Part shown: positions 9,314 through 19,662 of the stretch, in pieces
Position numbering within the stretch: the first letter of the stretch is position 1
Layout: every line of letters starts with the position of its first letter
Assembly (NCBI GenBank): GCA_048938385.1
Contig: JBHLMG010000009.1
Location: 6,620-70,619, forward strand
Length of the DNA: 64,000 nt
Source of the DNA: Promethearchaeota archaeon
Lineage (GTDB): Archaea; Asgardarchaeota; Hermodarchaeia; Hermodarchaeales; Hermodarchaeaceae
Direction of reading: 5' to 3'
Position numbers and translations under genes: made by a program
The notes under the pieces: model-generated
What the model saw: the letters and a program-made list of their open reading frames with translations, nothing else
The model's database searches: none
What the model was told of the DNA's origin: nothing

Positions 9314-10140
9314 GCAAAACGCCTAATGGTCGTATCCGTGACCTGTTGTAAAAAAGCTGCAAGAGCTACACCAAATGCCTTTGGCTGCTCTAGCATTACA
9401 TTATGACCACTCCTAGGAATTGACACGAACTGGCCCTGTGGCAGATCTTCAAGCATCTGAGTCACGGTCTTGGTATCGACGGTAGTTTCAAATTCTCCAT
9501 TAATGATGAGGGTGGGGACCGTAATTTCTGTAAGCCGATTCTGTACATTAAACGCTTTTACGGCTTTGAGAGTTTGACGCACGACGAAGGTGGGAGTCCG
9601 GAGCGAATCCTGATTCACCCAATCTATAAGAGACGGGTCCACATCTGGCCCGAAAATCTGAGTTCGTGTATACTTAGAGGCACGAGTTCGTGACATGCGA
9701 ATCATCCAGCTAAGTAGAGACATTTGGATGCTCCTCTTCAGGGAAGAAACAGGACGCGGATTTGTGCCTACCAAAACCAATGCCCTTGGTAACTCGATGT
9801 TTTCAAGAGTGTATTGAAGAGCAATTATGCCTCCTAAAGAATGTCCAATCAACACCGGGTTGTTAATCTTCTCACATTTAAGAAGGGTTTTCAGGTCCTC
9901 AACATGATCAGACACTTGGTACCCTGTCTTGGGCTTATCAGAATCTCCATGTCCACGTAAATCATAAGCCAAAACCCGATATGATGCTCGAAATTGTTGG
10001 ATTTGGTGCTTCCAGAATCGTTGAGATGCCGCCCATCCATGGATGAAAACGAGGGGCGGACCATCCCCTACAATGTTTACATTTAATTTAGTTCCCGAAT
10101 CTGCTAGGCTACTCATTTTCGTCACCAATGATTGCAACAA
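9310..10140 (-). CDS. Alpha/beta-fold hydrolase
   Basis: LVFIHGWAAS (oxyanion region), a GHSLGG nucleophile elbow and a C-terminal SGHNVMLEQP His motif are present. Confidence 0.8.
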   Translation of the reverse strand: MLQSLVTKMSSLADSGTKLNVNIVGDGPPLVFIHGWAASQRFWKHQIQQFRASYRVLAYDLRGHGDSDKPKTGYQVSDHVEDLKTLLKCEKINNPVLIGHSLGGIIALQYTLENIELPRALVLVGTNPRPVSSLKRSIQMSLLSWMIRMSRTRASKYTRTQIFGPDVDPSLIDWVNQDSLRTPTFVVRQTLKAVKAFNVQNRLTEITVPTLIINGEFETTVDTKTVTQMLEDLPQGQFVSIPRSGHNVMLEQPKAFGVALAAFLQQVTDTTIRRFA

Positions 10141-10230
10141 GACAGTCTCATTCTAGAGTCTCTTCCAAAGAATTTTTCTTCATTCGAATTATCATCTTGA
10201 TTTATGATGTTTTGAGATGGTGGTCTGTTT

Positions 10231-10782
10231 TTGGAAGAATCCACTCCTTGGGTTGTGATCGTTTGTGGTGAAGCGGAAGGACAAAAGGTTCGCGTAGCCC
10301 TTGACTTTCAAGATGCCCAGTCCGTTCTTGGACCTCGTCGCTTCATTGTAGGTGATGCCTTCATTCATCAACTCCTTGAATTATTTCAAGCGCGTGATGA
10401 TTGGGTAATTAAAACAGTAATTGATGAAGTGAGAACGCCACAGAATACAATTGTTCCAAGTACAGTGCAGCTCTTCGCCCTTTTAAGCAAGAGTTACCCC
10501 CGAGGACTCTCCGCTGGAGTATTATTTATTGAAGAAGATGCGTTCCTCGAAGGAGAGGAGGGTAGTCTAGAAAACGTCAAACCTCGCGATGGTTTTTTCG
10601 ATTCCTTAAAACGTTACCTTGTTCTTGGCCTTTCGCCCATGGGATTTGTAGCGGCTTGTGCTGAAGATACCCGGCTCTTCACCCGATTTATTTCCCGCCT
10701 TCTCAAACGCCCTGACGCCTTCACCGAAGTTTCTCTCCTTCTCCCTCAAGAAGCCCTTCTCCCCTCTACAAATAACGGATGA
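10231..10782 (+). CDS. Hypothetical protein
   Basis: An ORF with a TTG start and no overlapping competitor. I recognise no motif. Confidence 0.4.
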   Translation: MEESTPWVVIVCGEAEGQKVRVALDFQDAQSVLGPRRFIVGDAFIHQLLELFQARDDWVIKTVIDEVRTPQNTIVPSTVQLFALLSKSYPRGLSAGVLFIEEDAFLEGEEGSLENVKPRDGFFDSLKRYLVLGLSPMGFVAACAEDTRLFTRFISRLLKRPDAFTEVSLLLPQEALLPSTNNG

Positions 10783-10912
10783 TCCCGTGAAGAAAAGGGT
10801 GGATCATTGGTTTTTACAGGCTTGAATTATCGTTCGAGAATCCTTTGATTATCGACTGAACTTCTCTGTATTTTCTTACTCTAACTGTGCGCGTAGGTGA
10901 GGATACTTCTAT

Positions 10913-11509
10913 TTACACTTCGGTAGTGTCCTTCACACGGGCTACTAATCGTCCAGCGTAGCGATTTATCCAGGATGTGAGAATTTGCATGACGAAGGTA
11001 ACGATTATCGCGCCAATCGCGAAAAAGACCACAATCATTCCTATTTCATAAAATAGAATTCCATTCACGCTCAGGGATATAAGAAAATCGTTACCCCAAG
11101 GTTGAAGGATGTACTTCCACAGAAGGTAGTACCCATAAATGCCAGCTACTAATACAAACAACACCGCTACGGCAAATAGTGTGAGAATCGTCTTTGAAGC
11201 TGGGTTATCTGCATCCACATCACCGACGCCTTTTCCAAGAATAAAGCGTTCAACTCGCCTATGAAACCGCAGAAAGAGTCCTAGTAACCAAATGAATAGG
11301 AGGAAGGCAAGGCCGCTCCCTATCAACAGTACGAAGATAAATAAATCTTGAATCGCGACGATATATCCCCAAATTCCTGTGAGCATGAGGAAGAAAACTA
11401 GGGCGGCACCAAAGAGAATGAGGATTGAGATCAGTTGCACACCAAAGGTTGTAGAGGCAATGCCCCTAAATACACGGTCCCAATCAAATTTTTTTGCATC
11501 CGCTGTCAT
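10913..11509 (-). CDS. Hypothetical polytopic membrane protein
   Basis: Four to five long hydrophobic segments are present, for example LISILILFGAALVFFLMLTGIWGYIV and LLIGSGLAFLLFIWLLGLFL. Confidence 0.5.
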   Translation of the reverse strand: MTADAKKFDWDRVFRGIASTTFGVQLISILILFGAALVFFLMLTGIWGYIVAIQDLFIFVLLIGSGLAFLLFIWLLGLFLRFHRRVERFILGKGVGDVDADNPASKTILTLFAVAVLFVLVAGIYGYYLLWKYILQPWGNDFLISLSVNGILFYEIGMIVVFFAIGAIIVTFVMQILTSWINRYAGRLVARVKDTTEV

Positions 11510-11666
11510 GATTAACCATCCTTATTGAAAAATTATTGTACTACCTACAGGGTCTTGGTCGAAAAAGCTTTGCTTCTGTTAGATTCTGTCTGCTAGATTA
11601 TTAATTACATAATCTAATCAGGCTATGGCGTATGAATCTGAAATCCCGTTGAAGGTTGGAATTATG

Positions 11667-12224
11667 TTAAATTTCCCTTTCCAGTTCTTCCACCATTTCC
11701 TTGTATCGTCGGTGGACATCTTTACCGCCAAGGATTTTATCAAAGCGCTCGAAATCTTTTTTCATCTTTTCTTTTTCTCCTTGGCTTAGCACATCAACCA
11801 TAGCTGGAAAGACTTCATCTTCTTCTCTTTGAAAGTGAGGTTGCATAATTTCAAGATATTCTTTTACGGATTTTAGAATATTCGTTCTGGCTTCTGGGGT
11901 CCCGCGGTGGTAAGCGCGAATTCCCTTGTGCATTTCATTTGCTAGGTCAAGAGCTGTGATGTGTTCCTCGATTAAGACAGCAATATCGTCTTGGACATCA
12001 TCGGGGAGGTCGGTATCATGTTCACGCATCTGTTCGAAGAGAATATCTTCTTCCTTGCTGTGATGAATGACATCAGCATAACCACGAACAAACTCCACGA
12101 TTTTCCAAAAAACAGTGGCTGGGACTTCCTTTTCATCTTCGAGTTTATCACGCACTTTTTCGATAATGGAAAAGACACGTTCGACGAGTTTGTGTTCATC
12201 AAGTAAAATGTCGATTGGGTACAT
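11667..12224 (-). CDS. Hemerythrin-like (HHE cation-binding) domain protein
   Basis: DILLDEHKLVERV, ADVIHHSKEEDILF and HFQREEDEVFP give the H/HxxxE/HxxxxD-type ligand spacing of hemerythrin-like domains. I set the start at the internal ATG at 12224 (MYPIDILL...). Confidence 0.65.
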   Translation of the reverse strand: MYPIDILLDEHKLVERVFSIIEKVRDKLEDEKEVPATVFWKIVEFVRGYADVIHHSKEEDILFEQMREHDTDLPDDVQDDIAVLIEEHITALDLANEMHKGIRAYHRGTPEARTNILKSVKEYLEIMQPHFQREEDEVFPAMVDVLSQGEKEKMKKDFERFDKILGGKDVHRRYKEMVEELEREI

Positions 12225-12368
12225 GTGAGGATTCCTCCGTGTCCAGAGTGTACCTCCCTTGTTACCATCCTCTTCAAAAAACTTGCCTTCTACCAAAAGC
12301 ATACCATTTTTAGTGTAAAACACACCTTCGGAGCCAATCAATTATTCTCAAAACCTCAAATTTGGCAG

Positions 12369-13289
12369 ATGACTATGACGCCTACTCCTGAATTATTCCT
12401 TATCGGTGTGTTCATGGGACTGGTTGGAGCTGCGCTGTATGGATTTTCGAATGTTATCTATAAATCGCAAAGCCACGGAATTCATCCAGTACTCATCAAT
12501 GCTCTGAAAATGTGGATTGCTCTTCTCCTCATGGCTGTCTTAGTCATTGTCATGCTATTGTTCATCCCTTGGACGGTTCCTGTAACTGCTGTCCCTTTAC
12601 TCGCTCTCTCGATTCTCTTTGGAGCAGTCTTTGGTGATTTAATCTACTTAACAAGTCAAGCACGCATCGGTGTATCTCGTGCTTTTCCAATCGCCATGAC
12701 TTTCCCACTTATCACCTATTTTGCCACAGTCCTTCTCTTCGGGGAACCTCTACTCCTCACACGGTTATTAGGTGTAGTGCTGGCGATCGTTGGTGTGGTT
12801 CTAATTAGCCACGAGCAAACCAACACCAGTCAAAATTCAAACGATCCCATTGCCAAACGAGATGTTCGCATCGGAATTCTGTTAGCCATTTTAACTCCGT
12901 TCTTTTGGACAGCGGGTGCTCTAATTACCCAACTAGCTATTACCGGAGTCGACCCAGTTCAAGGAAACCTCTTCCGGGTTCTCTCTGGTTCCTTGGTGAT
13001 GATACCTATTATCTTCCTTGCTCGTTCCCGCGGAATAAAGGCGCCTACCAAACGAGCCACGAAGTTCACTCTGATTGCCGGATTTTTCGGTATGGGCATA
13101 GGCTCTATCATGTATGTAACAGCTGTCCAACTCGCTGGAGCTGCTGTAATGTCCGTACTTGCCTCAACAGCACCTATATTCGCGCTACCCTTCACTGCGT
13201 TTTACCTGAAAGAGAAGATTACGCCGTTGATTCTCGTAGGGACGATCCTAACCATTTGTGGTATTTGGTTCGTTGTCCTCGGGTTTTAA
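12369..13289 (+). CDS. EamA/DMT-superfamily transporter
   Basis: About 10 TM helices fall into two similar halves, each ending like an EamA domain (LFGEPLLLTRLLGVVLAIVGVVLIS and LKEKITPLILVGTILTICGIWFVVLG). The start is set at the ATG at 12369. Confidence 0.75.
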   Translation: MTMTPTPELFLIGVFMGLVGAALYGFSNVIYKSQSHGIHPVLINALKMWIALLLMAVLVIVMLLFIPWTVPVTAVPLLALSILFGAVFGDLIYLTSQARIGVSRAFPIAMTFPLITYFATVLLFGEPLLLTRLLGVVLAIVGVVLISHEQTNTSQNSNDPIAKRDVRIGILLAILTPFFWTAGALITQLAITGVDPVQGNLFRVLSGSLVMIPIIFLARSRGIKAPTKRATKFTLIAGFFGMGIGSIMYVTAVQLAGAAVMSVLASTAPIFALPFTAFYLKEKITPLILVGTILTICGIWFVVLGF

Positions 13290-13357
13290 AAAAAGAAGTC
13301 GGCGATTCAGCCATCAATCGTGTACAGCTGATTCGCCATTATTACAAATCTAAGTCA

Positions 13358-13858
13358 CTATTTCATTCGTTTACGCATCGCATCGAGGTCTTCCATAATG
13401 GCTTCCAAATCTTCTTCGTGTTTAATTTCGTCTTGCATGATTTTGTAGGCAAGATGCTGGGTTATTGCATCCTTTCCCTTCGTCATTTCTGCGATCTTGT
13501 AATAAACATCAATAGCACATTGTTCACCCTTGATATTCTGCTTTAAAATTGGTTCAACATAAGGGTCCTTCGGAACCTCATAACCACAATTGGTTTTTGT
13601 AAGCCATTCAGATGGATTGAGGATTGGGGTGCCACCTAATTGGATGATTCGTTCAACTAGCATACCGGCGTGCTCTAGTTCTTCGTTAGCGTGTTCCCCA
13701 AGTTCACTTGCAACTAAATCACGCATTGGTCCTACTACGATCTTTGATCCGATCCAGTATTGGTAATAGGCTAACCATTCGTCGGCTAGTGCTTTATTAA
13801 GCCATTCAATGAGCTCTTCGATGTCGAGCTTGATGATTTCACGACCCTTTGTACCCAT
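13358..13858 (-). CDS. DPS-like / bacterioferritin-related ferritin-fold protein
   Basis: Ferritin-like di-iron ligands are present (LADEWLAYYQY, ANEELEHAGML, IMQDEIKHEEDL). A cysteine pair (NCGYE...EQCAID) recalls archaeal DPSL proteins. Confidence 0.7.
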   Translation of the reverse strand: MGTKGREIIKLDIEELIEWLNKALADEWLAYYQYWIGSKIVVGPMRDLVASELGEHANEELEHAGMLVERIIQLGGTPILNPSEWLTKTNCGYEVPKDPYVEPILKQNIKGEQCAIDVYYKIAEMTKGKDAITQHLAYKIMQDEIKHEEDLEAIMEDLDAMRKRMK

Positions 13859-13907
13859 AATAATCCACCAACATAGTGCTTTTGTGAATAGAGATGGCTT
13901 ATTCTCC

Positions 13908-13917
13908 CTTTTATATA
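13908..13917 (-). promoter_or_regulatory. Candidate TATA box for the DPS-like gene
   Basis: The minus strand reads ctatataaaa, 50-59 nt upstream of the ATG at 13858. Confidence 0.25.
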
Positions 13918-14146
13918 GTAATTATCTGGTAAGGGTCTTGAATTGATCCCCGGTATTGGCGTTCTGAATCATAAGCAGTGGTCCCTTTGACTTCGGTCTC
14001 TCGACCATACTATGAAATCATAAACAATTAGTTCTTCTTCGCCAATTGATAGGGTAGCTAACGACTTTGAAAAAGAAAGGGGCAGGAAGGTGGCGTTAAG
14101 CCATCTTCTGCTGCAGTATGAATAAAGGTTGCTTTTTTTGTTGTGT

Positions 14147-14641
14147 TTATTTCTCGCGTTGACCAAGTCTTGCATCGAGCATGAATAAAGCACCCTTTTG
14201 ATCGCCAATCTGTTTGAGTAGATCCGCGACTCGTTTAGTCTGCTCCTCTTCTTCTACTTGTTCTTCGTAGAACCAGTTGAGGAGAGGAATAGCGGACTTG
14301 TCGCCAAGTTTTTTGGCGAGTTCACCGATTTTGAAAATCCGTTCGGTGACGATTTTTTCATGCTCATAAGCATTCTCCCAAGCCGCACGGGCTGAATCCC
14401 ATTCAGTGGCGGGACCTTTGATATCGGTGAGAATTACGCGTCCTCCCCGATCAGTTACATGTTCCCAAAACCGCATGGCGTGTGCATATTCTTCGCCTGC
14501 TTGGATTTTCATCCAATGAGCCATGCCAGATAGATTCTTGGATTCAAAATATGCGGCCATGGAAAGGTAAATGTAACCTGAATATAGTTCGAAGTTAATT
14601 TGATCGTTAATTGCTTCTTGAAGTTCTTTACTAATTTCCAT
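14147..14641 (-). CDS. ftn: Ferritin
   Basis: INDQINFELYSGYIYLSMAAYFE...EEYAHAMRFWEH...YEHEKIVT... matches the canonical ferritin ferroxidase-centre pattern. Confidence 0.85.
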   Translation of the reverse strand: MEISKELQEAINDQINFELYSGYIYLSMAAYFESKNLSGMAHWMKIQAGEEYAHAMRFWEHVTDRGGRVILTDIKGPATEWDSARAAWENAYEHEKIVTERIFKIGELAKKLGDKSAIPLLNWFYEEQVEEEEQTKRVADLLKQIGDQKGALFMLDARLGQREK

Positions 14642-14691
14642 GTATTATCACTTCCGCAATTGGGTTACTGCTGAAGCGGTATTTCTTCCTG

Positions 14692-14702
14692 CTTTATATT
14701 TG
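14692..14702 (-). promoter_or_regulatory. Candidate TATA box for ferritin
   Basis: The minus strand reads caaatataaag, 51-61 nt upstream of the ATG at 14641. Confidence 0.25.
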
Positions 14703-14806
14703 TAGTGAAGTTCGCAACTAGCTCATTGTTTATGCACACTGGTGTAACATGTCTCGGGCGTTCAATAGCCTTTTATGCAGTAGCTTCGAAACGATGTTGA
14801 GCAATC

Positions 14807-15340
14807 ATGAAAGCGTTAATCATTATCGACATGCTCAATGACTTTGTCACGGGCTCACTGAAATGTGATCGCGCTCAACGCATTATTCCAAATATCAAGA
14901 AACTCATTGAGGGTTTTCATAAACACAAACTCCTCGTTATCTTCGCTAACGATAGCCACCTTCCCACGGACTTTGAAATGGGTAAATGGGGTGCCCACGC
15001 AATTGAAGGCACTGAAGGTGCTCAAGTGATTCCAGAACTTGATCCGCAGGATGAGGACATCACCGTGAGTAAACATGTCTATAGTAGCTTCTTCGAAACC
15101 CCGCTGGATTCGATACTTCGAAGCCAAAAAATCGATACAGTGGTCTTGACCGGGTTGCATACTCACTTGTGCGTTCGTCATACTGCTGCAGACGCATTTT
15201 TCCGTGGATACAAGATCATTGTTCCTGAAAATGGCGTGGACTCGTTTACCGCAGAGGATCACGAATCCGGGTTAGCGTATCTAAAAGAATACTATGGTGC
15301 AATAATTACGGATGCTAAGGCTATTCTGAAGGATTTGTGA
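14807..15340 (+). CDS. pncA: Isochorismatase-family hydrolase, probably nicotinamidase
   Basis: MKALIIIDMLNDF, a KHVYSSF segment and a TGLHTHLCV catalytic Cys are present. The gene lies ~1.3 kb from nicotinate phosphoribosyltransferase. Confidence 0.7.
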   Translation: MKALIIIDMLNDFVTGSLKCDRAQRIIPNIKKLIEGFHKHKLLVIFANDSHLPTDFEMGKWGAHAIEGTEGAQVIPELDPQDEDITVSKHVYSSFFETPLDSILRSQKIDTVVLTGLHTHLCVRHTAADAFFRGYKIIVPENGVDSFTAEDHESGLAYLKEYYGAIITDAKAILKDL

Positions 15341-15401
15341 ACTTTTCATCCAATATGATATCATCACATTGGAATAAGTTGACTTGCTGCTTCTTGTGAA
15401 G

Positions 15402-16559
15402 TCATTCAAGTAATGCCTTGAGTTGTTTTTGGATTGCTTCAAGTTCCGGTTGACTAGATCTACTGAGTTCTTTTTTGAGTGGCCAAAGCTTCACCAATAT
15501 TGATCGAGCGATATCTTCTGTAAGTAATCCGAGGTCATGGCTCGTTTCGAGTACATATACCAAATCTGTGAAGGCTTGCTCTGGGTCAGGTGGTAAGGGG
15601 TCTATCAGGATGCTGTGAATGATTTCTCGTTCTCTTTCAGCAAGGTCTTTTTCTTCCCTGACAAAAAGTTGCTCTAACCGCTTCAGGTCTGATCGTTTGA
15701 GGTGTAATCCACTCCCACCTAGATTTTCTTCAAGGTGGTTAATTTTTGATGATCCCGTTAGGGCACAGATAATCTTCGGTTGTGCCAGTACCCAAGCAAT
15801 GGCTAGTTGTACAGGAGTTGTACCGTACTCTTGCGCAAGGTGTATGAAATAATCCTTAATTCGTAAAGCAGATTCAAATCGTGCTCGTTGAAATAGAGGA
15901 TCTAGCTTTCTAAGATCGCCTGGTTCGAATTGGGTGTCAGATTCGTATTTACCGGTTAAGATTCCGCGACCTGTCGCACTGAATCCGATCCCTGCGACAT
16001 CGTAGGTGTGACAAAAAGGGAGGAGTTCGTCTCGAGATTTTCGGGCAACAGCGCTTAACTCCATCAAGATAGAGAATGGAGATCCTTGCTCACAATATTC
16101 CTTTACTCGAATTCCCGGTAGATGCCCAATCCCGTAATGACGGATTTTTTCTTCTGCTATCAAATCTTCGAGTGCTTCAATTGTCTCTGCTACAGGTGTT
16201 CTAGGGTCATTGAAGTGGACTTGATATAAATCGATGTAATCAGTGCTAAGCTGTTCTAGGCTACGCGCGCAGGCCTCATGTATGTAGGTCTTTGAAAGGT
16301 TGGGAGTAAACCCTTCACGAATTCCAACCTTTGTGGCAATGTAGACTTCCTCACGGAAAGGTTTGATGCTGTCACCCAAAATTTTCTCAGCGTTGCCATA
16401 TCCTTCAGCGGTATCAAAGAAATTAACCCCCATCCTATAGGCACATTGAAGCATCCTTTGAAAACCTGGAATATCCACTGCGCCATAAACGCCGCTAAGG
16501 GCGTAGCAACCCACACCCACCTCGGAAATTTCGAGGTCATGGTGTTTCCGGTACTCCAT
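15402..16559 (-). CDS. Aldo/keto reductase with C-terminal extension
   Basis: GVGCYALSG, FFDTAEGYG, IATKVG and DLYQVHFND match the AKR catalytic D-Y-K-H context. Confidence 0.85.
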   Translation of the reverse strand: MEYRKHHDLEISEVGVGCYALSGVYGAVDIPGFQRMLQCAYRMGVNFFDTAEGYGNAEKILGDSIKPFREEVYIATKVGIREGFTPNLSKTYIHEACARSLEQLSTDYIDLYQVHFNDPRTPVAETIEALEDLIAEEKIRHYGIGHLPGIRVKEYCEQGSPFSILMELSAVARKSRDELLPFCHTYDVAGIGFSATGRGILTGKYESDTQFEPGDLRKLDPLFQRARFESALRIKDYFIHLAQEYGTTPVQLAIAWVLAQPKIICALTGSSKINHLEENLGGSGLHLKRSDLKRLEQLFVREEKDLAEREREIIHSILIDPLPPDPEQAFTDLVYVLETSHDLGLLTEDIARSILVKLWPLKKELSRSSQPELEAIQKQLKALLE

Positions 16560-16602
16560 GTCTACTGAAGGGCATTTACAAATGATAAAGGTTTTCAGCT
16601 AG

Positions 16603-18072
16603 TCAGGATTTTTTAGTAATGGACTCAAACGCTTTTTCTAGCTCTGGGCTTAATTTCACTGGGTAAATAGGTGGATCCGTGAGTATGCGATACGAAGCTG
16701 GAAGCTGCTCGATTTGGCTCCGGCAGTAAGCCCGAATTTCATCAAGGTGGGGAAATTCGTAAACGAGTTGGCCCTTTTTGATAATAGGAATAAGTAACGC
16801 TTCTGTTTCCGGAATGGTTTCATTCCAGCGCGCAACGGTATCTCTGTGAAACAAACCGGTCTTATCACGGTGGCGGAACACTTGCTTGCGATAGGGAACT
16901 AAGACTTTCTCTGCACTCAGTTTGGTTTTTGGAATTGGATGTCCATCCTTATCGATGCGTTCAACCAACTTGTACACACCCTGTAAAGCTGAAGGTCCAC
17001 CTTCACGAGTGATGGGGTTAAAGTTTGCTCCGGTTACTAAGCGGGTACCCACACCAAACCCATCAATGGGGGCTTGTGCACGGACTAATTCTTCAATGTG
17101 GTATTCATCTAAATCGCTACTCACGAAAATTTTCACATCACTGAGACCGGCGTCATCCAAGATTTTGCGTGCTTGTTGACTTAAGGTAAGGAGATCCCCG
17201 CTATCTAGCCGTATTCCTTGGAGGTTGTGGCCTTGTTCGCTTAGTTCTTTCCCGATTATAGTAGCGTTCTGCACACCCTGCAGTGTGTCGTAGGTGTCTA
17301 CTAAGAGAATGACATTGTGGGGGAAAGAGTGGCTGTATTCACGAAATGCTTGGAGCTCATTCGATCGGTTCTGAATGAAGGCGTGGGGCATCGTCCCAAT
17401 GTATGGAATCCCCCAAACCTTTCCCGCCAAGACTAAAGAAGTTCCCGTGGCGCCCGCGAGATAGGAGGCACGAGCCGCTAAAATCGCGGCGTCTCGACCA
17501 TGTGCTCGTCTAGCCCCGAAATCAACTACGGTTCGTTCCCCGGCCACATCCACCATTCGGGCAGCTTTGGTAGCGACCAAGGTTTGAAAGTTCATCACGT
17601 TTAGCAGGTAAGTTTCCAATACCTGAACCTCAATTGCAGGGCCAGTCACATTGACGATAGGTTCATCTTCAAACACGATAGTGCCTTCAGGTACGGCGTA
17701 AATCTCTCCGGTGAATTTGAAGTTTAATAAAAAATCTAGAAACCCGTTTTTAAAATCTGGACCAGAAGTAGCTTCTAGCCATCCCAAGTCCTTTTCTTCG
17801 AATCGAAGGTGTTGGATGTAAGCGATGAATTGCTCTAGCCCAGCGGCCACCATGTATCCACCAAAAGGTGGATTTCGAACAAAGTATTCTTGGGTGACAA
17901 CGGCCTGGTTGTCATGGTCGAAATCAGTCTTGGTGCTGGTCAGTTCGTAATAATCCAAAAATAAGGCAATTTCATTCCGTGAAATTAATCCTAAATTGGG
18001 GCTTGGGGGTGGCATTAATCGTTCCTCCAGTAACTCCAGTGTTACCGATAGAAGCATGTTTCTTTCTCTCAT
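16603..18072 (-). CDS. pncB: Nicotinate phosphoribosyltransferase
   Basis: DYYELT, GTMPHAFI, LLVDTYD, GIRLDSGD and GFGVGT are characteristic NAPRTase motifs. Confidence 0.85.
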   Translation of the reverse strand: MRERNMLLSVTLELLEERLMPPPSPNLGLISRNEIALFLDYYELTSTKTDFDHDNQAVVTQEYFVRNPPFGGYMVAAGLEQFIAYIQHLRFEEKDLGWLEATSGPDFKNGFLDFLLNFKFTGEIYAVPEGTIVFEDEPIVNVTGPAIEVQVLETYLLNVMNFQTLVATKAARMVDVAGERTVVDFGARRAHGRDAAILAARASYLAGATGTSLVLAGKVWGIPYIGTMPHAFIQNRSNELQAFREYSHSFPHNVILLVDTYDTLQGVQNATIIGKELSEQGHNLQGIRLDSGDLLTLSQQARKILDDAGLSDVKIFVSSDLDEYHIEELVRAQAPIDGFGVGTRLVTGANFNPITREGGPSALQGVYKLVERIDKDGHPIPKTKLSAEKVLVPYRKQVFRHRDKTGLFHRDTVARWNETIPETEALLIPIIKKGQLVYEFPHLDEIRAYCRSQIEQLPASYRILTDPPIYPVKLSPELEKAFESITKKS

Positions 18073-18313
18073 AAGCCTATTGACAGAGCTTTTTTACACA
18101 CTTCGTCGTTAGCTTCCGTGGAGAATCAAACATAGTGGAATTCGCCATCTTGGATTGCATTCAATTGGTAAAGAATCGTCAAGAGGAAGAGCCTTGTAGG
18201 GCTTACCAGTTGCCTTTTCCTATTATATGGTATCGCGGGTTACTTTATCACAATCAAAGACCTTAGAAAGGCTTTTGACAACACATCCCATAGTGTGATC
18301 GAAGGTGTACTGC

Positions 18314-18811
18314 ATGTCCTCACTGCTTCAAATCGGTCAAGTAGCTCCGCCTGTTAAACTCTATGATACCGCGTTTAACCTACGGACTCTTAAAGAATTC
18401 AAAGGGCAAATCGTCGTCTTGGCCTTCTTCCCTGGGGCGTTTACTGCAGTGTGCACAAAGGAACTTTGCCACTTTCGAGACAGTCTGGCCAACTTTGAAT
18501 CCGTTAACGCTCAGGTTCTTGCTATTAGCGTTAACGACCCTTTCACGAACAAAGCCTTCGCTGAACAAAACCGTCTTACATTTCCCCTTCTAAGCGATTA
18601 CAACAGGGTTACCATCCGGGCTTGGGATGTGGTGCAACAAGGTATCGGTCCTCTTAACGATTATACAGTGGCTAAACGCGCAGTCTTCGTTATCAGTCCA
18701 GAGGGGTTCATTCGCTGGAAGTGGATAACTGATAATCCTGCAGTTGAACCACCTTATGGTGAAGTTCAACATGCGGTCGATAACATCGGTCGAGGACAAT
18801 CCGCTGATTAA
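18314..18811 (+). CDS. Peroxiredoxin (AhpC/TSA, Bcp-like)
   Basis: VVLAFFPGAFTAVCTKELC contains the peroxidatic Cys context. The start is set at the ATG at 18314. Confidence 0.8.
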   Translation: MSSLLQIGQVAPPVKLYDTAFNLRTLKEFKGQIVVLAFFPGAFTAVCTKELCHFRDSLANFESVNAQVLAISVNDPFTNKAFAEQNRLTFPLLSDYNRVTIRAWDVVQQGIGPLNDYTVAKRAVFVISPEGFIRWKWITDNPAVEPPYGEVQHAVDNIGRGQSAD

Positions 18812-18830
18812 TTGGCTCTCACAAAGTATG

Positions 18831-19526
18831 TTATGCTTTCTTATTCCCATGTAGGGTTATCGTGATATTTTCCACAGGAATCTTTTTCCCAGACTGAGCG
18901 ATGGCAGTTTCTACGATCCGTTGAAGCCCTGAACAACAGGGAACCTCCATCTTCACCACGGTCACGCTCTTAACCGTGTTCTTCTGGAAGATGTCGGTAA
19001 GTTTGTCGATATATCCTTGGGCATCATCGAACTTCGGACAGCCATACACAAGAACTCTCCCGGGTAAATACTCTTGTTGAAAAAGAGGGTATGCAAAGGG
19101 CACACAATCCGCAGCGACCAAGATATCGGCGTCTTTGAAAAAGGGAGCGTTCACGGACACCAAGCGCAAAGCAATAGGCCACTGCCGTTGCCCGATTGGC
19201 ACCACTTTGCCGCTTAACTGCGAAGGGACTTCGATGGTGGAACCGTCGACTTTCACATCACAGGATGTACACTCAGGTGCACCAACTTGGGCAAGGTGGT
19301 CATCTACAGCCTCTTCGTCAAAGTCGGGTGCTTCACGGCGAATGATTTTCAACGCATCTTCTGGACAATGCCCCAAACATGCTCCCAGGCCGTCACATAA
19401 ATCATCACGAATTAGCTTTGCCTTGCCTTCAACGATTTGAAGGGCACCTTCAGCACAGTTTGGTATGCATTCTCCACAGCCCGTGCATTTTTCTTCGTCG
19501 ATTTCGATGATTTCCCGGACAGGCAT
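18831..19526 (-). CDS. 4Fe-4S dicluster-domain protein with a Cys-containing C-terminal domain
   Basis: CTGCGECIPNCAEGA and CDGLGACLGHCPEDA are cluster motifs. The start is set at the ATG at 19526 (MPVREII...). Confidence 0.6.
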   Translation of the reverse strand: MPVREIIEIDEEKCTGCGECIPNCAEGALQIVEGKAKLIRDDLCDGLGACLGHCPEDALKIIRREAPDFDEEAVDDHLAQVGAPECTSCDVKVDGSTIEVPSQLSGKVVPIGQRQWPIALRLVSVNAPFFKDADILVAADCVPFAYPLFQQEYLPGRVLVYGCPKFDDAQGYIDKLTDIFQKNTVKSVTVVKMEVPCCSGLQRIVETAIAQSGKKIPVENITITLHGNKKA

Positions 19527-19662
19527 ATTAACGCTGTTAACTCTAAGGGTTTTTAACCTCTTCCAACTTCCCAAACACACCCAAAAAAAGGGCGAAAAAA
19601 GGAAAAACAACCGCCCGACGCGAGGTCGAGCAGGTTGTTGGAAGGAGGGTCTTATAGGCGGG

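Noticed and set aside
12905-13546. A 213-aa plus-strand ORF spanning the end of the EamA transporter and the DPS-like gene.
   Set aside because: It overlaps two well-supported genes in alternative or antisense frames. Its product is Arg/Ser/Cys-rich with no domain features.
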